A stretch of DNA of 64,000 nt from an uncultured virus (IMG/VR IMGVR_UViG_3300024239_000354) (Duplodnaviria > Heunggongvirae > Uroviricota > Caudoviricetes). Below the pieces are notes generated by a model, which saw only the letters and a program-made list of their open reading frames with translations, was not told where the DNA came from and did no database searches. The DNA lies in IMG/VR virus record IMGVR_UViG_3300024239_000354; one strand, given 5' to 3'. This document shows positions 1-7,764 of this stretch, piece after piece (within the stretch, counting starts at the first letter, position 1; each line of letters starts with the position of its first letter). Both the position numbers and the translations under genes were made by a program.

Positions 1-564
1 TTTGCGGGCAAAAAAAAAAAAAAAAAAAATGGGACATGTAATGTAATCGCGATTAAGCCCTCGTCCAATGAAATCATTTGCCGCACGCGACACGGCGCGA
101 CCGAGCATCACAAGATGTGGGCGCCCAATTCCAAGAACATGCGGTGGGCGGCATCCCTCCCCGGTGAGGGGTGGTACGTTTTCGTGGCTGAGTTGCTGAA
201 CAACAAGGTCACGGGTGGCACCAAGGACTGCAATTACGTCTTCGACATGCTGGTTGCCGATGGTATCTATTTGATCGGCAAGACCTTCGAGGATCGTCAG
301 CGCCAGTTGGGCGCGTTGTTCGGGGATCATATCACCGACGACGACTACAGCCATTTCATCATCGACCGCCATCTGTGGCTGGCGAAACCGTTCCGTGATG
401 GGTTGACCAACCTGTGGTGGGACATCAAGGAACGTGGCAACCCCGAAGATGAAGGATTGGTCCTGAAGAAAATGGACGCCAAGCTGAAGATGTGCGGCAG
501 CCAACACGCCAATGACGGATGGATGGTGAAGTGTCGTTTTTCCCACAAGAACTACAAGTGGTAA
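1..564 (+). CDS. ATP-dependent ligase-like nucleotidyltransferase (adenylation domain only), 5' truncated
   Basis: Frame 1 is open from base 1: KKNGT (motif I KxxG-like), CRTRHG, YVFDML (motif IIIa), EGLVLKK (motif IV), WMVKCR (motif V). No OB domain follows. Confidence 0.65.
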   Translation, partial: FAGKKKKKKNGTCNVIAIKPSSNEIICRTRHGATEHHKMWAPNSKNMRWAASLPGEGWYVFVAELLNNKVTGGTKDCNYVFDMLVADGIYLIGKTFEDRQRQLGALFGDHITDDDYSHFIIDRHLWLAKPFRDGLTNLWWDIKERGNPEDEGLVLKKMDAKLKMCGSQHANDGWMVKCRFSHKNYKW

Positions 565-567
565 CCC

Positions 568-705
568 ATGCGCTTCGGAAATGAAACCCATTGGATCGAT
601 TTCGGCAAAGGCGAGTGTTCGGGCGCTTTCCTTAAATCGGCAACTCGATATATGATGGTGTTCACATTGGGTGCCATTGTCGGGTCTTTCCTCAAGGGGG
701 CGTAA
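568..705 (+). CDS. small hypothetical membrane protein (45 aa)
   Basis: ATG at 568 to TAA at 705; hydrophobic C-terminus MMVFTLGAIVGSFL. Confidence 0.5.
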   Translation: MRFGNETHWIDFGKGECSGAFLKSATRYMMVFTLGAIVGSFLKGA

Positions 706-714
706 CGATGCTTT

Positions 715-1107
715 TTGCTGTCTGGTGGCTATCTCAGGATGCCCATGAACTCGCCCTTCGAATCAAGAAAGAATTCCGCAGTCGTGGGGGCGTCCCGGTC
801 AAGGGCGCCTGTGGGGTCCGAGGAAATTCGTGTCCTTGCCGAAGGTGGCGTTCCATGGCAAGACGGCACCCGTGTCTATGATCTGATTGGCGACCGCTGC
901 GGCGGTATCGTAATCAAGCCGGAAGACGTGAAGTATGTTCGCGGCTATCCCGGCTTCGTTGCGGACAGCAGGCATCCCCACGAGCAGCATATAACATGGA
1001 ACACCATGACCGAAGCTGAACGCATCATCGAAGAACAATCGGTCAACACGCTGCTGATCCTGGCAGAACATGCCAGAAAACCGATCCCAATTTGGCAGAG
1101 AAACTGA
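715..1107 (+). CDS. hypothetical protein (start uncertain)
   Basis: ORF track; continues the + strand run. Confidence 0.5.
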   Translation: MLSGGYLRMPMNSPFESRKNSAVVGASRSRAPVGSEEIRVLAEGGVPWQDGTRVYDLIGDRCGGIVIKPEDVKYVRGYPGFVADSRHPHEQHITWNTMTEAERIIEEQSVNTLLILAEHARKPIPIWQRN

Positions 1108-1169
1108 AGAGGCGGGCTTTCGCGCTTCTGATGTTAGGCATCCCAACACAGAAAGTGACCATCCATTAA

Positions 1170-1200
1170 AAAAGGGCGCCCGCTGGGCGCCCTTTGTTTT
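1170..1200. terminator. bidirectional intrinsic terminator
   Basis: AAAGGGCGCCC-gct-GGGCGCCCTTT hairpin with A/T tails between convergent genes. Confidence 0.75.
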
Positions 1201-1963
1201 ACTTACCGGTCCATCCCGCCGGGGGCTTGCAGCCCGTGTAGGCGGGGAAGGGATTGGGCTGGGCAGTCGGGACGGCTGCCTCGATCAGTTTGATCCCACG
1301 CGCTTCCAGCGCCTTGCGGCTGGCGTAGTACATCACCACCATCGCGCTCGGGTCGTCCTTGGACTCGAACGAAACGCGGCGCACCGAGGAATCCTGCTTG
1401 GCGCCGAAACCGGTACCCATGTCGAAATTGCCACCACGGGTCTGTTCGGCTTCCAGCCAATCAGTACCACCGCCTTTGGTCGCGATGCCCTTGGTCAGAC
1501 CACGGCTCCCAAGCATCGGGGAGGTATTGAAGGGGCGAATACTACGAAGGTGGATTTCCGGAACTTTTTCCTCGTACACCATGATGCCGATGACACCGCT
1601 GTTAGCGGTACCGGCACCCGAGAGGGCACCGTAGGACTCGCCCTTGTCACCGAAGACGAAGGCGGCAGTTTCACGGTCATTCAGGCGCCAGCCGTCGATT
1701 TCCAGGGTACCGAACGCCGGGACGATGTAGCCCTGCTTGTCCTGACCGGCGGGCTGACCATTCATCACGGACAGACCGTCCACGGACGTGACCGCGAGGA
1801 CACGCTTGGCGGAATGATTCTTGAAGTTGAGCTTGAACTTGGACCCGTCGCGACCTTCGATGTAGGTCTTGTCATCGGTATGATTGTACTCGAAGGCGGG
1901 TCGGAAAGTGTCGGTATTACGGCCAGCGACGACCACCGACACGGAATAATTACCGTGTTGCAT
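1199..1963 (-). CDS. hypothetical protein (254 aa)
   Basis: AGGAG RBS; protein-like sequence (SVDGLSVMNG, GYIV, IDGWR); TAAATA upstream at 2023-2028. Confidence 0.8.
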   Translation of the reverse strand: MQHGNYSVSVVVAGRNTDTFRPAFEYNHTDDKTYIEGRDGSKFKLNFKNHSAKRVLAVTSVDGLSVMNGQPAGQDKQGYIVPAFGTLEIDGWRLNDRETAAFVFGDKGESYGALSGAGTANSGVIGIMVYEEKVPEIHLRSIRPFNTSPMLGSRGLTKGIATKGGGTDWLEAEQTRGGNFDMGTGFGAKQDSSVRRVSFESKDDPSAMVVMYYASRKALEARGIKLIEAAVPTAQPNPFPAYTGCKPPAGWTGK

Positions 1964-2136
1964 ATGTTTTCTCTCCTTATAGGACTTATCCGCTTCAACC
2001 GCGAAGCACTGCCTAACAGTGTTATTTAGAACACAGAAAAATCCACTTTGTCAAATCATTTTTGCATAAGGAAAATTGACTTTGCATAAGCGGATATTGG
2101 ATCATCACTTAACTCATTCCTTATTGGGCGGTCTAA

Positions 2137-3741
2137 ATGAACGCATACGAAGAACTCAAACGAATCTACCAGCGAATAAATCGCCTGGGACATGTATCAG
2201 CCATTTGTGGCTGGGATGAAGCCGTGAATATGCCAAAGGGCGGTGGTGATTCCCGCTCTGATGCACTTACGGAATTGGGTCTTGTCATTCACGAGATTAT
2301 TACCGATCCGAAGACTGCCGATCTTGTGGAAGAAGCCCTAAAACTAGATGCTTCAAAACCTACGCGCGTTCTCAATGATTGGCAACAAGCTAATCTTGAA
2401 ATCATTGCTAAGGGTTTGAAGCGGTCTGCATGCATTCCAACCGATCTTCTGGAAGCGTCACAACGTGCTTCGATGAAATCTGAGCAGGCATGGCGTCTAC
2501 TGCGTTCCCAGAATGACTGGAAGAGCTTTGAGCCGTTCCTTACCGAGGTGGTCAACCTCGAACGGAAAACCGCTGAAGTTCTCAGTGAGACGTTTGGGAT
2601 GAGTAAGTATGATGCGTTGCTCGACGGATACCAAGATAATCTACGTTCAGATGAAATAGATGAAGTATTTGGCGAGTTGCGAAAGTTTCTTCCCGATTTC
2701 ATTACCAAGGTTGTTGAGAAACAAAAAGGGGAAACAGTCGTTAATTTTGAAGGTAATTACCCGATCTCAGCCCAGAAAAACCTTGGCGAAGAGGTAATGA
2801 AAAGAATTGGGTTTGATTTTGATCACGGTCGCCTAGACACCAGTCATCACCCATTCTGTGGCGGCGTCCCCCAGGACGTGCGTATGACTACGCGCTACAA
2901 TGAACGCAATTGGACTACGGCTTTGATGGGCGTAATCCATGAAACAGGGCATGGCAAGTATGAACAGGGACTTCCGCTGGAATGGATTGAACAGCCGGTG
3001 GGTAGTGCCGTGAGCATAGCGGTGCATGAGAGTCAGAGCTTGCTTATGGAAATGCAAGTTGGACGCAGCTATGAATTCATGCATTTTCTGTCGCCCATCG
3101 TGACCAAGTACCTGTTTGCGGACGACGATAATTTGGACGCTTATGGCGCTGATAATATGTTCAAATTGTATACGCGCGTTCGTCCAAGTTTCATCCGGGT
3201 TGATGCCGACGAAGTAACCTATCCATGCCATATTATTTTACGGTATGAAATCGAGCGCGACCTGATAGAAGGCAAGCTTGATGTTGCTGATCTACCGGAA
3301 GCCTGGGATGTCAAAATGCAGGAACTTCTTGGGTTGTCTACCAAGGACAACTATAAGGACGGCTGTATGCAGGATGTCCATTGGCCCAGCGGAAGATTTG
3401 GTTATTTCCCGTCCTACACATTAGGTGCTATGTATGCGGCACAGATGTTCGCAGCAGCCAAAAAAGAACATCCGAACATGCTGTCTCGTATTGAGAATGG
3501 CGACTTCACCACGCTCAATGATTGGTTGCGTAAAAGAGTTTGGTCTAAAGGGTCATCGGTAACGGTGGAAGAATTGCTTGAGCAATCCACAGGCGAGACA
3601 TTGAACATCAACTTTTTTAAAGATCACCTGATTTCCCGGTATCTCAATACTCCGGATCATGAACCATCCACGGCAACAGTGCTGCCGCAGAATGTGGTGG
3701 ATTTTCACCAACTTCAGAAGCTACGTCGGAGTTCTCGGTAA
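2137..3741 (+). CDS. carboxypeptidase, M32 (Taq) family
   Basis: HPF, HETGH (HExxH), HESQS, IRVDADE, GCMQDVHW and GYFPSYTLG motifs. Confidence 0.95.
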   Translation: MNAYEELKRIYQRINRLGHVSAICGWDEAVNMPKGGGDSRSDALTELGLVIHEIITDPKTADLVEEALKLDASKPTRVLNDWQQANLEIIAKGLKRSACIPTDLLEASQRASMKSEQAWRLLRSQNDWKSFEPFLTEVVNLERKTAEVLSETFGMSKYDALLDGYQDNLRSDEIDEVFGELRKFLPDFITKVVEKQKGETVVNFEGNYPISAQKNLGEEVMKRIGFDFDHGRLDTSHHPFCGGVPQDVRMTTRYNERNWTTALMGVIHETGHGKYEQGLPLEWIEQPVGSAVSIAVHESQSLLMEMQVGRSYEFMHFLSPIVTKYLFADDDNLDAYGADNMFKLYTRVRPSFIRVDADEVTYPCHIILRYEIERDLIEGKLDVADLPEAWDVKMQELLGLSTKDNYKDGCMQDVHWPSGRFGYFPSYTLGAMYAAQMFAAAKKEHPNMLSRIENGDFTTLNDWLRKRVWSKGSSVTVEELLEQSTGETLNINFFKDHLISRYLNTPDHEPSTATVLPQNVVDFHQLQKLRRSSR

Positions 3742-3747
3742 TAAATG

Positions 3748-3784
3748 ACTTTCAGAACTTGGTCACTGATCAAGTTCTGAAAGT
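3748..3784. terminator. hairpin/terminator between convergent genes
   Basis: ACTTTCAGAACTTG...CAAGTTCTGAAAGT 14-bp inverted repeat. Confidence 0.6.
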
Positions 3785-4089
3785 ATGATCTATCGGTTGG
3801 TAACGATTACCGCCATCACGAAAAGCGCCAGCAAGATGCTAATGTAGATGACTGGGACAATGGCACCCTGCATCACTTTGCGTCCTTATATACAGATGGG
3901 TTAGGCAGTTTATCCAGGGATGGAACATGACGAGCATTGGAATTACCTGGGCGTTCAACCCCCTTCGTGACCGAAATATTGGACATATGAGGGCAATTGT
4001 GCGGCATCAGCGGGGTCAAAAATACCGAAATCAATCGCCGGGGCGAGGCGTCACCTTGGTATGGTCGGTGGACATGACTTATCTCCCAA

Positions 4090-4569
4090 TTAGGGTGTGA
4101 TGGTTCTGATGTCGATGAAATCAACACCAAACTGACGGCATCCTGCTTCGACATCTTCCGGTTTATCGTCAATCATAACAGACAATTTTGCGTCATAGCA
4201 AACGCTGCCTTTCCATGTCCGGTATGCCTCAATTCCTGGCATGATTTTCGGAATTTCCAAACCCGCACGTCTGCGAATAAAAAGCTGATCTAGGTCATTA
4301 AGGTAATTTTCATACATTTCATTGGGGATATTGACAACCCCTTTGAACATGTCGCGTTTGATCCCCGTTTTACCATGTACCATTTCGAGGATGTGCCAAA
4401 TCTCGTTCTCCATTCCATGGGAACGGAAAGTTACAATGACGAAATCCGTCGTCTTGAAATTTTTGATGATATAATCAACAAGAATCGAACTTTTTGGCTC
4501 GTCAACCAACGTGCCATCAAAATCAACACCAACCCTTTTATGTCCATCAAGAACACGAATCGAAATCAT
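4090..4569 (-). CDS. HAD-superfamily phosphatase-like protein
   Basis: VGVDFDGTL motif I, VTFR motif II, MIDD motif IV. Confidence 0.7.
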   Translation of the reverse strand: MISIRVLDGHKRVGVDFDGTLVDEPKSSILVDYIIKNFKTTDFVIVTFRSHGMENEIWHILEMVHGKTGIKRDMFKGVVNIPNEMYENYLNDLDQLFIRRRAGLEIPKIMPGIEAYRTWKGSVCYDAKLSVMIDDKPEDVEAGCRQFGVDFIDIRTITP

Positions 4570-5522
4570 AGTGTGACATTCCTGAATTTGTTATTAAGTT
4601 GTCGGCTCCACGAATGACTACGTGGAATTAAAGAACCATTGACAAAAAGCTGGGTTAAACCGTCATAGAAAGGTTTGCTTGCACTTTCCAAACTATGATC
4701 TTCCAGGCTTCTTTGCTCATAATCTTGATGAATGATTGGCAAATCTAACGTAAAGTTTTGCACCACTTCATCCACACTTTCACCAGTATAAAGGAATTCG
4801 TCATAAGGTGCAACCCCGCCGAGAACTTCTACCGACAACTGGATACGTGCGACAATTGGTCGGTCTAATAGATGGGTAATAGGGGTATGACTGGCTCGAC
4901 GCCCCTTAATCGGGATGGATGCGGGAGCAAGCACCGTTTCCCGTACTTTGGAGCGTTTTTTGTTTCGTTTGGTCTTAGAAACGGTGGTCCAGATTGATGG
5001 TGGGATACCATCTTTGTCAACGTCGAAGCCCCATTTGGCCGCCTGACGCGATATCTCATCCGGACCCACGTCTACGGTGGTGTTCACCCCGCGAACCACT
5101 CTACCAACACCGCCACATTCACCAAGGATGCCCGACCCAATAATACGGTGTAGGGTGGGGGATTGTAATGCACGCGCAATCGCGTCTTGTTTACTTCCCA
5201 TACCCCAGACATCAAAGATGAAATCACCCAAGTCACTTGCTGCATCTCTTCCGCCGGTTTGTTCAAATGAATCTTCGGGAGCATCGTGACGCCAGAAGTA
5301 AATTGGCACGAGACCGCTCGTTGGCAATTTACGTTCAACAAAATTATGGGTTAATGCATAGGCATCCCACACCCAGACATCACCGTCTGCGGTTGTCCAC
5401 CCACGCAATGCTGGCTTTGATGCAAGTAGAGTAAGTAGATGTTGACGATTTTTCAATCTACGTGCGTATTCACGTCCAAATCGTATTGTGTCGGCTTCGG
5501 TCAAAATTTCGTGTATTCGCAT
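4566..5522 (-). CDS. leader-bearing multidomain protein (unknown domain A plus further unknown segments)
   Basis: Start reassigned to MRIHEILTE (GGAGG RBS, TAAATA at 5546-5551); LRG..WVWDA..H domain; GVNTTVDV..RQAAKWG segment. Confidence 0.75.
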   Translation of the reverse strand: MRIHEILTEADTIRFGREYARRLKNRQHLLTLLASKPALRGWTTADGDVWVWDAYALTHNFVERKLPTSGLVPIYFWRHDAPEDSFEQTGGRDAASDLGDFIFDVWGMGSKQDAIARALQSPTLHRIIGSGILGECGGVGRVVRGVNTTVDVGPDEISRQAAKWGFDVDKDGIPPSIWTTVSKTKRNKKRSKVRETVLAPASIPIKGRRASHTPITHLLDRPIVARIQLSVEVLGGVAPYDEFLYTGESVDEVVQNFTLDLPIIHQDYEQRSLEDHSLESASKPFYDGLTQLFVNGSLIPRSHSWSRQLNNKFRNVTL

Positions 5523-5584
5523 CAAACACCCTCCACGGTACCCAGTATTTATGGTAAATAGATATAGTTTAGTTGGAGAATGTG

Positions 5585-6103
5585 ATGTACCTACCGGAAA
5601 ATACAAAGCTCATTGATGAATTCAATGATACCGGACATTATATGATCGATGGAAATACCACCAACATCTTTCCGTTCATCGTCTACGGGAGCAAATTTAC
5701 ACGATTGGATTTTGCCCATAGCCGTTTTCATGACCGTCAACATCTGACACTGGAAATTTGGTTTAGTCGTGAACCTAATGGGGATGTGATCTTTGAACTT
5801 CCACCAAATTTCCAGCGATTTCATCCGACCGGCAACCAGACGACGTATATTTTTTATCCGGAAGACCTCGATTGGACAACCCGCGAAACAGAAATGACCG
5901 ATGTGTTGTTTACTGACGAGGTATCGTTTGACTATGACCGTATTGAAACGAATACCGTGAAGGGGCGAACAAAGGATTTCCAGCACGGCTATCGTATCGC
6001 CCGACTGAATCCGGTAGGTACATACTTCATCAATATTCGCAATTTGATGAATTTGGATAATGGGTATTTGTGTCGGATATCCCGCGACGAAATGCCACGC
6101 TAA
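5585..6103 (+). CDS. hypothetical protein
   Basis: GGAG RBS before ATG 5585; TAAATA at 5555-5560. Confidence 0.7.
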   Translation: MYLPENTKLIDEFNDTGHYMIDGNTTNIFPFIVYGSKFTRLDFAHSRFHDRQHLTLEIWFSREPNGDVIFELPPNFQRFHPTGNQTTYIFYPEDLDWTTRETEMTDVLFTDEVSFDYDRIETNTVKGRTKDFQHGYRIARLNPVGTYFINIRNLMNLDNGYLCRISRDEMPR

Positions 6104-6392
6104 ACCCACCTTTCCCCGCATTTATATAATAAATCGGAACTATCGCATCAGATCAGGTAGACCCCATAGGTAGTTTGGTTGATTCGACAAATGCTGGAAC
6201 ACTCGCCGTTCCACCAATATGGAGCGGTTCGACCTGATTTTGACCCAATCCATGGGTCGGCTGCTACCGTTCAAGTATCTGACGGCGAACTGAGCATCTT
6301 TGCTAAATAGAAATAGCGGTAATCATCGGACCTTCACCTCCGATGAAACCCCAGCAGATGTATGGGGCTGTCCCGCTTGACCTATTTAGCAG

Positions 6393-7595
6393 ATGATGAA
6401 AACACAGAAAGCATTCCGTCTACGCCTCTATCCAACCAAAAGCCAGACCGAACAGCTAAAGCAATTCGGTGGCAATTGCCGTTGGCTGTGGAATCATTTG
6501 CTTTATCTGAACCAAGAACGATATAAGACCGAGAAGAAATTCTTCTTCTACACAGACATGGCAAAGATGTTGCCGTCGATGAAGAAAGAAACGGCTTGGC
6601 TCGGTGCGGCACCCGCCTGTTCATTGCAGCGAGTGGCACGAAATCTTGACGGCGCATTGAAGGCATCCTTCCGTGGTGGCAAGGGCTTCCCTCGCTTCAA
6701 GAAGAAATCGAACTACCGAGATTCGTTCTACCTGACCAATCAGGTGTTTGAGATCGGCAATGGCGTTGTCCATTTGCCCAAAATGGAACCGATGCGGTTC
6801 CGTGCTGGTCGGTTGCCAGAAGGGCGGGTCTTGTCCGCCACCGTCAGCCAAGACGGCGATCACTTCGTTATGTCGGTGGTCTGTGAGATCGACATTTCCG
6901 ACCAACCCGTGGCTCCCGATTTCGATACCACGGTGGGCATCGACCTCGGGCTGAAGGAACTGGTCGTGACCAGTGATGGCGAAGTAGTGGCGAATCCCCG
7001 CCATCTGCGGAAAGCAGCCAAGCGGCTACGTCGCTTGCAACGCCGTTTGAGTAAGTCCCGTAAGGGCAGTGCCAATAGAAAGAAACGCCAATTACGGCTC
7101 TATCGGCAACACCGCAAGGTGCGAAATCAGAGAGCCGATCTAATTCACAAATTCACCAGTTCGATAACCAAGAACTACAGCGTGATTTGTGCCGAGAACC
7201 TGAACATCAAAGGGTTGATGCGGAACCATAAATTGGCGAAGGCGATAGCCGATGCCAGTTGGGGCGAAATCTTACGCCAATTGAGCTATAAATCAATTTG
7301 GCAAGGAAAACATTTCGTCCAAATCGACCGCTTTGACCCGAGTAGTCAGGTCTGTTCGTGTTGTGGTCATCGGCAGAAGATGCCGTTGGACCAACGAACC
7401 TACAACTGCCCCTCATGTGGATTACAAATGGATCGGGATGCGAATGCCGCCATGAACATCCGCAATTGGGGCTATTCGTATTTGGTAGGGCAAGGAATGC
7501 CCGAACCGACTGAGCAATCAGTCAACGCCTGTGGAGAGGCAACGCTTGCGTTGCCCAAAGATACCTCTGCCGGGATCAAGTCGCTCGCGGCTTGA
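6393..7595 (+). CDS. tnpB: RNA-guided endonuclease TnpB (IS200/IS605 OrfB family)
   Basis: N-terminal RLYPT HTH, RuvC-I GIDLG, RuvC-II ICAENL, zinc finger CSCCG..CPSCG, RuvC-III DRDANAA. Confidence 0.95.
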   Translation: MMKTQKAFRLRLYPTKSQTEQLKQFGGNCRWLWNHLLYLNQERYKTEKKFFFYTDMAKMLPSMKKETAWLGAAPACSLQRVARNLDGALKASFRGGKGFPRFKKKSNYRDSFYLTNQVFEIGNGVVHLPKMEPMRFRAGRLPEGRVLSATVSQDGDHFVMSVVCEIDISDQPVAPDFDTTVGIDLGLKELVVTSDGEVVANPRHLRKAAKRLRRLQRRLSKSRKGSANRKKRQLRLYRQHRKVRNQRADLIHKFTSSITKNYSVICAENLNIKGLMRNHKLAKAIADASWGEILRQLSYKSIWQGKHFVQIDRFDPSSQVCSCCGHRQKMPLDQRTYNCPSCGLQMDRDANAAMNIRNWGYSYLVGQGMPEPTEQSVNACGEATLALPKDTSAGIKSLAA

Positions 7596-7664
7596 TTAGG
7601 TATGTGTCGTTGAATCAGGAATGTCGCTCATCTGGTGTTTACCTGATCTGATGCGATAGTTCCG
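7480..7664 (+). ncRNA. putative TnpB omega/reRNA scaffold (boundaries approximate)
   Basis: Overlaps the tnpB 3' end; ACGCCTGTGGAG...GTCGTTGAATCAGGAA resembles typical tnpB 3' regions; hairpin ATCAAGTCGC/GCGGCTTGAT. Confidence 0.5.
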
Positions 7665-7764
7665 TAATAAATACTACCTGTCAGGCGGGTAATACTGCCT
7701 GTCTGAATTTATTGACGACAACACATGCCTATGAAAACTTAATGGCACAACACAGAGGCTCAGA

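Larger units (their letters stand above)
6135..7664 (+). mobile_element. non-autonomous TnpB-carrying element with 25-bp TIRs and 8-bp target duplication
   Basis: CGGAACTATCGCATCAGATCAGGTA at 6135-6159 and its exact reverse complement at 7640-7664; TAATAAAT flanks both ends (6127-6134, 7665-7672). Confidence 0.85.

Noticed and set aside
10..29. 20-nt poly-A run inside the ligase-like ORF
   Set aside because: It lies at the window edge within a Lys-rich motif; more likely a homopolymer or assembly artefact than a phase-variation tract, and cannot be judged without reads.
1070..2029. 319-aa plus-strand ORF
   Set aside because: Antisense shadow of 1199..1963, which has the RBS and terminator; it also runs through the terminator.
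1132..2039. Short 9-10 nt repeats flanking the 1199..1963 gene
   Set aside because: Too short and inconsistently oriented to define a mobile element.
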